This document shows positions 36,883 to 50,034 of a stretch of DNA of 64,000 bases, piece after piece (position 1 is the first letter of the stretch; every line of letters starts with the position of its first letter). The position numbers and the translations under genes are program-made. This stretch comes from Oopsacas minuta (lineage: Eukaryota; Animalia; Porifera). The notes under the pieces were generated by a model. It was not told where the DNA came from. It was given only the letters and a program-made list of their open reading frames with translations, and ran no database searches. The stretch lies in the NCBI GenBank assembly GCA_024704765.1, contig JAKMXF010000328.1:185260-249259 (forward strand), written 5' to 3'.

Positions 36883-38858
36883 TAGTGGAAGCCGCTTAAT
36901 CGGGACTCGGATAATCGGGATATCCGCTTAAACAGGACAATGGTTTGGGAACAGATTTTTAGATAGAAAATCGTCGCATAATTGGGACATTGAATTAGTT
37001 AATCGGGATTTTTTATTCCAATTAAACGATTATATATTTATTCAGAATAATTGTAAAATGGTATGTTTGGAAACTAGGAATTTTAATATTATCTACAACC
37101 ATAACAATACAACACCGAGTGATTACCATTTACTAACTAAGATTATTAAAGTTGCTCAATCGTCTCAGGTTCCCTTGGCTATTCCACCCTGTATAATTCC
37201 CTCAATAATGACCAGACTGTTGGATTTCCACACGTTTTGCATGGGTTGCAGTAATAAGTACGTGCATTATAATTTAACTTTATCAGGGCGTTCAATAAGT
37301 CTTGCGGGTCATGATATATCTTAGGAATTAGTCAAGTAATATATCTACTTTCATATATTATAAGCCCATATAGTTAAACTCCATATACTGAAAGTTTCAA
37401 GCTGATTCAATACAAATTATGAATTTTTTGAGATAGTTAGGTGTAGTCAATTTATACCCATTGTTGTGTGTATGGCTTCAAAGGATGATAATTTCAACCT
37501 CAAATGGCGAGCTTACATAGAGTTTCGCACAATACTCAAGATCCAGCCCGTACAGATCTTCAGCGAGTTACAGGAGATATTGTGCGTGGATTGACCTTCC
37601 AGATCTACTGTAGAGCGATGGGCTGTCCGTTTTAGATCTGGTGATGCTGATGTCACAGATTTGCCTCGATATAGAAGACCGATATCCGCCTACACTTCAC
37701 AGAATATCGCACTCATTGAAAGTATGGTTATGGAAGACAAGTGCATTATTGTTAATCAGTTAGAACGAAGTGTGGAGATTTCATCGGGAGCTATTCATAC
37801 AATTCTGATGACTGTGCTTGGCTACCGATCGATTTGTGGGAAATGGGTCCTGCATAAGCTCAGTGAGAATCAAAGGTTGGCACGACTGAATATTGCCAAG
37901 AAACTCTTGGAAACTTATGAGAACTGCGATTCTAGACGCCGAACAGAGATTATTACTGGTGACGAGACGTGGGTGTACTATTCAACACCATATCGCAAGT
38001 ATAAGAAGCGATCATGGGTGAGGGGCGACGAACAACCGGCGAACATTCCTAGGCCCGACTTCAGAAAACCTAAGATTATGTGTACCATCTTCTTCAGTAG
38101 TCATGGAATTGTCTTGTAATTACCTTGTGAGAGTGGCAAGGCTGTTACTTCTACTTTCCTTACAGAGCAAGTGCTTCTAAATTGGATAAAAAATATAGAA
38201 AAGTACCGCCTGAAAACCGGAACTCGAGGAATGAAGATTTTAATTGATAACGCCAGTTCCCATACAGCTAAGCTTACCAAAATTTCTTGGATGTAGAAGG
38301 GTTAGAATTACTTCCCCATCTACCATACTCATCAGACCTAGCTCCGTGTGATTTTTGGCTATTCCCCAAGCTTAAAATCTACCTTCAAGGCAAAGATTTT
38401 GACACATTACAAGCACTCAGAACTGGCCTGTACCAGTACTTCAAAATCCATCCCCGAAGAAGAGTACAGAAATGTGTTTTATAAGTGGGTGGAAAGGTTC
38501 AAACTTTGTGTATCTGCAGGAGGGGATTACTTTGAATAAATAATATAGTGAATTAGTGTGTATAGTGTTTGTATCATATTCTATGATATCACCCGCAAGA
38601 CTTATTGAACGCCCTAGTATTTACTTACTTTCTAAGTATATATCGTAATGCATTATATGACCTCTTGAAGCGGAAATATAACCTTACTACAACCAAATCT
38701 CTACTAGACCCTACATAAATCAGGATTAGTAGTATAGAAATAAGATATATCTGGTCATGTGACCATGAAAAACTAGTTTTGAATACTTAAATAATCATAA
38801 TCAGTTAATCGGGACAAAACATTGCCTTCCGAGCTGTTCCGATTAACCTGCCTTCACT
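36883..38858. mobile_element. pogo-type MITE (~640 bp) hosting a mariner insertion
   Basis: Termini tagtggaagccgcttaatcggga / tccgattaacctgccttcact with TA flanks; repeated TAATCGGGA subterminal motifs at both ends. Confidence 0.6.
37283..38617 (+). mobile_element. mariner (DD34D) transposon, full length but defective
   Basis: TIRs agggcgttcaataagtcttgcgggt with TA TSD (37281-82, 38618-19). Motifs KWVLHKL, IITGDETW, IDNASSH and HLPYSSDLAPCDFWLF; stops and frameshifts. Confidence 0.95.
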
Positions 38859-41800
38859 TACAACACGATCTACTTTTTCTGGAGTGAACCTTGATATGAT
38901 GAAATGAGAGATTTCCAGCCCGAGGGTGAAAATTGTTGAATAATTATACTGATTAGTAAATTCAGAACAGATTCGTCATGTTAACTAGACATGGAAAACT
39001 CAGGAATTTGTCCGCAAGGAGGGAGGTCGTGACGGTGTGGTTTGGGGCTCGCATACTATTGAGGGACCTTACACCTATATTTGCATATTAGCTCTATGGG
39101 TTCGAAAACAAACGGGATGTTCGAACCTTCCCTACCCATACCAATCCCGTTAGGATCGTAGTAATTTAGTGATCCACGCCCCTGAACACTAGCGATATGG
39201 GGATGGGGAGGGACGAATCCTTGCGCTATGGGGGCAGCACCTCCATAGACACTAACGTTTTAAGTATACTAGCGTTTCGAGGATCATTGGTTCTGTGTAG
39301 AATACTAGTGATGCAGAAAATAGATCCTCTGAAACAACATCTTACATCTTAGGGCATTGCTAAGCATATAGTCCTGTAGAACAATTTTCAATAAAATCGA
39401 CCTCTATATAGTGGCATGTAGATATAGATTGAAAATGTCAATTTGAAATCTACATACTCGATTACCCCTGACTACCAGTTGAAACGAAATTCTAACGTCA
39501 TTTTTAGAAATATTAGCAAGTGGTGTGAAAATAAAATTAATCATATAATAAAACTGTGAATTTTTTATTTTCAGACCCTGAACAATCACAAAATTGGACT
39601 TCACGCACCCAATTACACCTGACAACATGTTGAAACCTAATCTCCAGGATGCTTCTGAATAATTACATAGCAAGGTGTGTAAGTATGATTAATCACCCAA
39701 AAGTGTGGGATATCCAATAAAATTCATAACCGAGGTGCAAATCTCCTACCTAAAATGTACATGTGTACCCATTGGCGCGACTAGGTTCATGAGTCAGAGT
39801 GGGAAGAAGATGACGTCATGCCCACCCAAATCGTCCCTAGTTGCGCCTATGTATGTACCAATTTTCACATGGATCGGACTGCTAGATTTCACACAGCCGC
39901 GCGGACGAAAGTACAAACGTCGCACATAGTCCATGCCATTAGGACATCTTCCTATATAACCTGCATCACTTACTTAAATCGATTTGCATTGTATTTTCCG
40001 GCCCTGTGGTTGATGGAGCATCATACACAAAGATGGGACAGTTCGCCCTTGTAGCAAAAGCCACGAGTCCGAGGGACATATCAACCTAGTACCACGAGTC
40101 TGGGGGGCATCTCAACCCATGGGCACGATCAAGGGAATATCCAAGAGGGCCGTACGCTCCATAATTCGCATGATCTTTGATGAAGGTATAATTAGGAGTG
40201 CGAAAATAGAGGATCTTTGCCTATACTGTAACAATAATTTACTGAAATAGGCTTATGGAAATTCTGGGTGAGGAGCGAAGGAGCGTGTTCGGAAAACTCT
40301 GTAATATCTCCTGGGCACGAGTATGGAGGCACACATGGAACTATGAAAGACTAGAATACACTAAATTCTTAACCACATGGAAAATTCATAAATTGACATG
40401 GAGCTTCGGACTCTGGATATTATCGATCTTTTTGAATTTTGAACTGCGTATTGTAAATATCCAAAAGTAACGATCATATTGTATCTGAATATACAAATAT
40501 TCATGAATATCGAAGAGTAGAACTGAAGCAATCGAAAATGCCCTCTTGTGAGATAAAAAATCTCGAAACTTTATAATATAATATGTGCCATATTAAATCC
40601 TCTAAATCCTTAAACAATATTTTCATTTTATGAGAAAAATACTTCTTAACGATGTTTGAATGCGTACTACACATATATTCCTTTACTTATCTGTACACCA
40701 TCGTTTCTACTCAAAACTGACAATATTCTAACAATTAAACAGCATCATTTATACCAGGAGGATTTGCTTCTTGAGTATTTGTGTCGGATGCGATACGCCG
40801 AACAATGCCCCCCGCCTAAAATTGGAATTGTAAAATCTTACTCCAGTCATACCAATCAATCATTTCGAAATAGATATGCTATTTACTATAAATTATAACA
40901 CATGGTCATAGCCTACTATGTATATGGCCTAACAGTAACTGGACAAGGGATATGTAACTTAATTGAACAAAATTTCATCTGATCTTAATTTCACAGAAAC
41001 GGTGCATTTGGCACGAATGGTTTGCATCGTTTTTGAAGAATAAACTATCAACCATTATATGCTAAAACTTCAGAAATGTGTGGATATATTTGTCTAGTAA
41101 GCATTTATTGTTAAACTATGTCATTATTTGATGCCTTGTAAAACGAACTTTAAAAATATCATTCTAAAGCAAAAGGTGAGTCGTTCTTGCTTACAATAAA
41201 GAGCAGGAATAACACATTTTCTCAATTTAGAGTTTTAACTCGATAATAGTTAGGTTATTGTCAGAAGAAGATTGCAAATTTGGAATATATATACTAATTC
41301 CCATACCCTTGTAATCAGGGTCGGCCTGAGCCGTCACACTTTTATGTGAATCTTTTGGTACTTAAAATTTCACGGGCGTGGTTCGCGATAATAATACTGT
41401 GATCTTTTAACGAGTCATCATATTTGATGAATTTGCGGGGGCAATTTTTCTCCATCAATGGAATGCCCTTTGTGATCCCGATCCGCCACTATTGGAGGTT
41501 AAAGGTGCTAAGATCCCTAATGCAGCAACCCTCTACATCATTCTTTCGAATAGATCCCCAATGACCAATATCCCGTTATCAAAGATGATATACCCCTCGA
41601 ATGGGATGCATATCGCAGCAGAATCTTGTCCTCTCACCACTTGTTGCCTAAATCCTCAAATTTATCAGTAATTCGTTCCGATATTTATAGTATAGTTACT
41701 ATATTTGTTAGTGATATTGTTTTTGATTTATAGTTATGTATCTCAACTTTGATTTTGCATTGAGATCAAATTTCATCTCTAGGGGAGTTGTTCTCAAATT

Positions 41801-42054
41801 TTAAGACTCCATTCATAATCGTTATGTATATTTTAGGGGTTCTCGATCATTTCAAATTAACTTTATTTACTTCTGATTATCACAATTCAAGGCTGCACCA
41901 CCTCTCGCGAGCTTCCGCCGAGCGTGCTTGTAATACATTCTGATATAATATCTCCGTCATTTTTTTCGTATTTTAAAAATTACCATTTGTGGGCATATTT
42001 AGGATTACGTTAAATAGATAAGAGGAATCATATCAAAAATTTATTCAGGGGTAT

Positions 42055-44767
42055 CACGGGTCGCTCAGATTCAAATATCGATAAAAAATTACAATTTGTT
42101 CAAAACCTAGCTGGAGTGATAGAGTAGCATGTCTATTTCCCAAATATTCAGTATTTACAATTATTCGCATGCAAAAACAAAAATTTAGCCTAATTGTATT
42201 TTTCACCTAATTTTTAACACCTTCCATTTGTGGTACTTACTCTTTGAATTCAATACATGCTAACTAGTAGTGTCAAATATCTCTAATTAATATCTTCATA
42301 TAAACTAAAACAAAAATATTGGAAAACTATTCATTCACACTGGTTTTAATATAATTTTATTTGTCATTTATCTTATCAATTGCACTCAATCTCGTTTTCA
42401 TCTTGTACTCCCTTCCAAATATCTGCTGCATTATCAGTAGCAAGAGATATAAAATAAATTCGCAAACTGTCTTAAATAACCCCTCACAGTAACTTTCTGT
42501 ATCCTCACCAAATTTGTATCTTCTCCACACATTGTTAAAATGATGCTGACTAGATTCTAATGCCTGTTCTGATACTACAGCCAATCTGTCATCTGTAGGT
42601 AAATATCTTAGCAGAAAGGGGACCAAATGGCGGCATACTATATGTACTTTAGTTGTACAAGAAATACCACACATTTTGTAAGCTTCTTCAAATTCATAGA
42701 TCCTTTCGTGAAACTCGGGAGTACATCTGGATATCCCAAAACAAGAAGATACCACGGAGTAAAATCTTCTGAATGCTATGTAGGCATTACAATTCTTATT
42801 TAGAAACAAATCTCCATGATGTTCAGTAATAATCTCATTGAATTCCTTTCAAAGCTTCCACCACGACATTGACTTTTCTTGACGCTATATCTCTTCAAAG
42901 TATCCAGGTGGATCTGTATTTCGTCTTCTGACATTGACTCTATAATTACATCATGAAGTCTCTGGCCTACTCCAAGCAACAAATGTAGCCCTGGGAGATT
43001 GAGAATAGCCATGTTTTCAATAGGTAGAATATCAGCATCCTGAAATACGGTGGGGTTTTTAACTCCCTTGTATAATTTTGAATTTATTTTCAATCCGCCA
43101 TATTCTCTGCAAAATTCTTCATACTGTGCAGCATGCTGTGCTGACCCTCATAACTCCCATCTCCCAATATCGTCAAGATTATCCCTTTCGTCCCAGGTAC
43201 ACCAGGGACAGGGATGTCTGCCAGGCATGATACCAAAAACTATTAGTGCAGCTTTTATATCAATCGTTGGCTTATATTGACGTCTAGGATTAGACGTCTG
43301 ATTTCATGACTGGAGAATATTGACTCAGCCAAATTATAGCCAGATCGCTTACACTATTGGGTAATTCTGGTTGAATTGTCACTTTCAAAATCCTTGTCCA
43401 AAGTCCAGTTCTAACTTATAATGTAATTTATAGATATCGATCCCATCTGATTGAGAAAATCTTTTACTAAGAAGGCCAGGAACATCACAACAGAATACTG
43501 TCCAGACAGGGCAAATATCACCATATCCCTTCTTCTGAGATCGGTTCAGCTCTAGTTGGCAAAGTTCAAAGAATTGACCAGTAATTTCATATCGAGTAGT
43601 GTAAAATAATTTCACCTTAGGGTGCCAATTAATTTACCTCTCAATATACTTATAACTGACTTAAGACCGTTATTACTTAGATTTCCTTTAGTCTTTATTT
43701 GTAACATATCTGAAAGTTCAAGACTGACAGACGGTACACTACTTAAAGCAGACTTATTCAAAGAAAAAATAGCTGTAAAATAAACCGGGTGCCCCCTGAA
43801 ATACGTGATAGTTCGAGGTATAAATCATCACCTACATCCAAACGCTTAACGATATCATCTCTTACAAATTTATCTAATAATTTTCTTTTACCTAAGCAGT
43901 GTCTGGTGTTGGTAACAGCATTAGAAGAAGAACAATCATGGCGAATCCCTCGTCCTACTTTTAGAAGACATTTATTGCGCAACCTTACAACTTGTTGAGA
44001 AGAATTTTCTACCGTCTACCAACAGATTTATGTCGAATTGGCTGAGGTGCATGTTTCTTTGGTCCAAATCGATACGCTTCTTGACACATAGCACAAGGAG
44101 AATCAACAAAACAAGAGTTTAGTCTGGTGTTATTTATTGGCAGTGTCCAAGAAAAAGGTTTCGGAATATTTCCAGCACTCAGATTCTTGTCCGTTTTCTC
44201 AAGCCAAATTACACAAGCCTTATAGAGAACTGTCGGTAACCTGCAGCTGAGATCGTCAACGTTGTTTGATAAAAACTTTGCATATATCTTCAGTAACCTT
44301 GGAGTTAAACTTACCCCATCGTTCCCCACTTTAACACAACAATTGCGACATACCTTTTGTCGCGCTTTCATATGTGTGTTACTGAAAAGTGTTCCAAAGG
44401 ATTCCAACTGCCAAATATAGATATTGGTTTCTAATATTCGATATTTATGGTATTTGCAGTTGAATAGGGATGCCGTACTGAACGACATGTATTCAAGTGT
44501 GAAGACACGACAAGTAGGGAAATATTCTTACAATTCATGTGTATATTTAACACTACAAATAAACATGAATTGAAATCAAAGAGCAAGTACCACAAATGGA
44601 AGGTGTTAGAAATTAGGTGAAAATACATTAGGCTAAATTTCTGTTTTTGCGTACGAATAATTTTAAATAATGAATATTTGGGAAATAGACATGCGACTCT
44701 ATCACTCCAGCTAGGTTTTGAACAAACTGTATTTTTTTGATCGATATTTGAATCTGAGCGAACCGTG
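42055..44767 (-). mobile_element. Chapaev transposon with ~200-bp TIRs, defective
   Basis: CACGG termini, perfect 4-bp TSD GTAT (42051-54, 44768-71), long TIRs (cacgg(g/t)tcgctcagattcaaatatcgat...). Chapa-like CRNC..D...LPTVL..AC, LPGLHLLLG, TTKVHI and SEQALESSQH motifs. Confidence 0.9.
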
Positions 44768-45085
44768 GTATGTGAAGTCGGATATATATTACAAATTAGC
44801 TGTCCTCATTTGACGATAATCCCACCGATTATCGAGCTATAATTTGATACTAGCTTGCATTACTTGCTAGTTTGCTGCTCGACAGTTTAGTGTCTCAGGT
44901 TAGTTTAAGTATTTAACTGCTAAGACTCGAACTTGTACGAGATACCGAGCATATTTACATACAGATTATTTCGGTTTTTCATATTTTTGCACGCTTCGCT
45001 TGCTTAGTCGCTGCGCAACAGCTTGGCGTTTCGGTTTACCCTAAGTATTAAACGGCTAAATTTCTAAGTGCATTTGGTGGCTAAG

Positions 45086-46213
45086 CACAGTGACACGAAA
45101 TGGCTAAAACCTGGAAGTAGGTATTAGGCTCCTAGATAACGTATTAAACCATATTATTGACATATGGGGAATCATACCCAGGAATCGATTGACGTAACTA
45201 GATTTTTTCTAAGTATTTGGGTGTGAAAGTAATGACGTCATTGTCACATTCAAAAATATTTTGATTTTTATCGAGTTATAATTAAGCCAATTTGTGAGCT
45301 ATATGTTCAGAAATTGAATGTTTTGTGTTTTGATATAATTAGCACTATTTAAGGTACACTTTTATTAACTTATGAAAGTACATTTCTTGTTGAAAATGAC
45401 CTACCGTTCATTGACTTACTAAATATACGTATTTATAATTAGGGTATTCACCAAATTATCTAGACAGCTCTTTAACTCAGATAGATCTGGCTCCGAATCT
45501 TTTTTGGTATAATTACGAAATGATGCTAAAATTGGATTACTTTGAGAGATAAGCCTGACGAACACATCTTTAATGTTGTCCTCAAATCTAAATTTTCTTG
45601 AGAGTCTCTCAGGGTATCGCCTGACTAATTTATTGCAAGATTCAAAGCCTTCTTCAGATAAATCTTTTAGACCAAACCCATCTTTAGGATCTGCAATTAT
45701 TTGTGGTACATGGACTAGAAGGTTATGTAAAGTAGGGTTATATGTACATGCCCATGAAAATTGATAAAAATGGATTCGTATGTCTTTCGGCATACATTAT
45801 CAAGGCCTTCAGTGTCCACTTCCTGTTGCTATTAGACAATCTCAGGATAGCACTCAAATTATTAATGATTGTAGTGACAACTTGATGTGTCTCTTGAAGA
45901 ACAACAGTCACTATCCAATAGAGAAAATCATGCACAGTATCATCGCTACCTGTGAAGCATCTAACAACATTTCTGGTTGTGGTGGTTCCGCCTTGGGCTG
46001 ATGGTGTGTCAATGGATATACTAAGTTTTTCTTCAATAAGGCTAGAAATAAATTTCTTGATACCAAGAATCTTTGGCGGAGTTGGTAACCATTTTTGAGT
46101 AGCACCACACTGTAAATGGCAAATCAATAATAGGAACCGACTAAATGTTCTCAAATACGCATGTAGAAAGCGCCTTTATTAACAATATTGGAAATGTTTG
46201 TTTTATAAGCATA
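45086..46213 (-). mobile_element. Transib (RAG1-core-related) transposon, 3' portion
   Basis: Minus strand: LHAYLRTF..ICHL..QKW, GGTTTT.N, PTLHNLLVH, LSEEGFESCNK..R..LSRK...DVF..L..QSNP. Terminus begins CACAGTG at 45086. Coding region ends at the maT insertion. Confidence 0.8.
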
Positions 46214-46215
46214 TA

Positions 46216-47517
46216 CAGGGTGGCTCCAAAGTTCTAATACAATATCAAAATTAATATACAACCATTATCAGGAAGTATTCTCAATGGTTTGCTCTTCCAT
46301 GACATACCTTATACGCTTCCTAACGAATATTATTTCAATTTAGTGTATACTATTTCGAAAAACAATTGTGATTGACAATGGAATCTGAGAGGTCAGCAAT
46401 TATTGAGTTGCATGTGGCGAGGAACAGTCCCTCAGAAATTTTGAAACTGCTGAATATTACAAAAAGGACGTAGAACATTTATCTACAGAACGATAAATCG
46501 ATATAAGGAAACTGGGGACACTGTAGATAAGCGGAAATCTGGTTGTCCATGCTCTCTAACGACCCTAGCTTTCAAGAAAGTGGTGCGAGAACAAATTCGG
46601 CGGAACCCACACCGTTCGATGAGGAATATGGCATTGGGGCTCAATGTAACTCGCCGAGCAATACCAAAAGTTCTCAAAAGGGACCTAGGAATCCGCTCTT
46701 TTAAACTCAAAAAGGTACAATTCCTATCTGGGTCGGTGAAAAAGAGAGTGTCCCAGCGCAAGAGCCTACTAGCTCTACACGCTATTGGGGTTCTCAAAAA
46801 TATCCTTTTCTCAGATGAGAAAATTTTCACCATTGAAGAGGCTACAAATAGCCAAAACGACAGAGTCATCTCGACCTCAGTTTCAGCGATCCCTGATAAG
46901 TTCAGATATATGTCGGATGGAGAACCGTTGTCGGTGATGGTTTAGGCTGGGGTCTCTGCTGTTGGCCGGACACTGATTTTCATCCTCCCAGGAGTGAAAA
47001 TCAATGCCAAAACATACCAAGAGCTTGTATTAGAGCCTGTGCTAAAGGGTCTGAGCCAGACCATGTTTTCTGGACAGGCCTTTGTCTTCCAACAAGATGG
47101 TGCTCCCGCTCATACGCCAATACGACCCAAGATTGGCTGAAGCACAATAGTCCCAATTGTATACACAAGGATGAATGGCCACCATTCAGTCCCGATTTAA
47201 ATCCCATGGAATATTCTGTATGGTCAATCTTGGAAAACAAGGCTTGTTCTGTGTCACACAACACAGTTAGCTGTCTAAAGATTTCCTTGTGTCGAGAATG
47301 GGAGAAGATACCTCAAGAAACCCTGCGTACCGCAGTAGAAGGATTCCCGAACAGACTCAGGGCTGTCACTTCCAAAAAGGGTGATTCTATTGAATAAATG
47401 ACTAGACAATCTCTTCCTAATAGTATGTATTAATTGTATATAGAAAATCAATGATGTAGGTCATGCTGGAAACACTATAGGCAAAGTGGTTTGTATCAGA
47501 ACTTTGGAGCGACTCTG
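46216..47517 (+). mobile_element. maT-like (Tc1/mariner, 37-residue spacing) transposon, defective
   Basis: TIRs cag(g/a)gt(g/c)gctccaaagttct.atacaa, TA TSD (46214-15, 47518-19). ILFSDEKIFTIEE..NSQNDR, QQDGAPAH and WPPFSPDLNPMEYSVW motifs; stops and frameshifts. Confidence 0.9.
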
Positions 47518-48678
47518 TAAAAGAAATTCCGAAATCTAAGAATTAAGGAAATTTTGACGAAACATTTTCTCACAGTAGAAGAGTTTTGATTTTTTAATGG
47601 AATCTTTGTAAAATACGTGATTAGAATATATATTTATCTGAATTACGAACAGAATTTTGTTAACACAAGCATAAAATTGTAATTTACTTTACGTTTTCAT
47701 TATATCGCTAAGCAACCATAATATTTATATACAATTTTGAAAAGAGAATTTTTGAAAATATTAGATAAATTCATGAGTTCAAGTGATTGAAACTATACTG
47801 TCCCGAATTTTCGGCAACCTGGAAATTGCTTTATTTATTAGAGAATTACAAATGCTATATTATAAAACTCAGGGGATAACTTGACATAACGCGATACATG
47901 AAGTTTGAGACTTCGAAGTTGAGTGACGACAGATATATCTAATAGAAAAGTTCATCAAAATCTTTGAGCTATTTTAAGGAATTCTTATTAGAACTCCGCT
48001 CATATACTCACTATAATAAGAGAGTAGTCGATAATGCAAAGGAATGAAGTATTTGGATTGTATTTGTTCTGGAATTTAAGTTCATTGATATAAATGAGTA
48101 CCTGCAGTTTTCAAGAATAATTTCTGAACAAGAAATTGTCAATGCTTATATACTTTCCAATTGTTTCTAAATAAATGATGAATCATTACAACTTTGAGAT
48201 ATTTCTCTTTCCAATGATCATTAAATGCTTACTAAATATCGGATTGAAATTTTGACCAATTTCCAGGGGGTATACCACTGTGCTACACGAGGGGGTTGCT
48301 AAGACAGTTCGTATCTCATGTGTTAAAGATTGCAATACCCATTTAGTACTTGAAATTCTCAGCATTTTCATGCCATAATTTAATTTGTCAAATTACATTT
48401 TCACTATATACTATTAGTTTTCATAGGGAATTAATATTGTTTACCTATAGACCAATATTGTGAACTTATGTGACTTTCTTTCAAAGGGAGAAATCATCTA
48501 TATTTCTTGAAGGATCAATTGTCCGAAATTCACGTTAATTTATGAATGCCCCACATGTATCAAATTTTTATATCAGAATTTTGAAGTAGTATTAATTATG
48601 TCATTACTTCTTATGGTTGTATTTTTATTATGTGGATAGGTAGTTACTCTAGTTGTATTTTATCATAATCTTGTAATA

Positions 48679-49024
48679 CAGTGAAACATCGTTAATACGA
48701 ATTTCCGGTTAAGACGAGTAGAATTTACACAATTTTAGTCTGTACAATGGATATTCAATTGTTTTACTCCGGCTAAGGAGTACTCATCTCGACGGTCGCT
48801 TGGTGTACGTATTAACGAGCTTCTACTGTATGTAGTTAATTACGGTATAACCGCGTTCATACGTACACCAAGAGACCGTGGAGATGAATAGTCCTTATCC
48901 GGAATACGTATTAACCGAGTAAAAACAATTGAATATCCATTATACGGACTAAAATTGTGTCAAATTCTGTTCGTCTTAACTGGAAATTCGTATTAAATGT
49001 GTTCGTATTAACGAGATTTCACTG
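48679..49024. mobile_element. Two inverted copies of a short pogo-type MITE (48679-48828 and 48843-49024)
   Basis: Each copy has CAGT/CGGT...ACTG termini and TA flanks; the second copy is the reverse complement of the first (aatggatattcaattgtttt vs aaaacaattgaatatccatt). Confidence 0.8.
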
Positions 49025-49278
49025 TATTATGGTTGCATTTTATCATATACACAATGAAACATGTTGACATATGGAACATGTTATCATCTACTGCTAAACA
49101 TGTTGACATCGCAGTATATTCATGTTATTTCTTAAGGATTCTAATAAAAGTGACGTAATGACAATTTATTAGTAGCGCTTAAGAAGGTTATAATAATGCA
49201 TAACCATTGACTATTACTAATTACATATTTATGCTTTGTTGTATAATTTATACGAATCACGAATATTAGAATAATACA

Positions 49279-49311
49279 GGTACGCAATGAGAAACAGTTT
49301 GAGAACCACTG
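49279..49311 (-). mobile_element. Solo terminus of the Buster-type hAT family seen at 63399
   Basis: Its reverse complement is identical to 63399-63431 (cagtggttctcaaactgtttctcattgcgtacc); flank GTGTAGGG fits an nnnTAnnn target. Confidence 0.75.
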
Positions 49312-50034
49312 GTGTAGGGCCTCCAGTTATGCAGTATAGTATGTTAATTAGTTGCATAGTTAGTACTTATAATAGTAGATTCTCAGTGTAACGTTGTTGC
49401 CAAATACTTCTCGTTAATTAATGTGTTATTATTTAACGACATATGCTGGTATTTCATAGCATTATGAGGTTAATTAAGGTAATAATCAGATAAATACCTT
49501 AAAAATATATCTGAAACATCACAAAGAAGCTTTGCGTAATTTATAGAAAAGTAGGGGGGCCATTTTGTCATAACAGTAATCACAAGTGTTATTTTTAGTG
49601 CCATTACTTCCAGCATCTCTCAAGAAACTTTGGAATATGTTAGAAAATACTGCATAAACGACCAGAAAGAGACTGTTTTTTCCACATGCCCGGTACTTCT
49701 AGAAAAGGGCGGTTTTTCCGAACACTGCTTACAGTTTGGGCACCCCTGGGATAGAATTCATTATTTTATTTCTTAATTCCGAGAAAAGAAGTATGAAATC
49801 TTCCTCTTTACTACTTCCTTTCTCATATTCATTCTAATTCATACATTTTCTCAATTTCCTCCATTTCCTCAATTCTACAATTTAGTGCTCGGAGGTAGCC
49901 AGCTTCCTCACCAAGTTGCGCTAATGCCTCCATTTATTGGGATTTGCCATTATTTAATTGTTCATTGCTCGAATTTCCAGTGCTTGCTGTATATTTTCAT
50001 TTTGTTCATAGTTTTACTCTGCAACATTTTCTAT

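Noticed and set aside
39089-39130. Pol III A-box/B-box-like motifs (tRNA or SINE)
   Set aside because: Spacing too short (0 and ~20 nt), no cloverleaf, no A-rich tail or TSD.
49885-50034. Hydrophobic N-terminal extension of the oxidoreductase ORF (apparent signal or transmembrane segment)
   Set aside because: Starts at GTG and is the translation of a T-rich tract containing an acceptor-like AG; family homology starts at ATG 50035. The in-frame ATG at 49924 cannot be fully excluded without transcripts.
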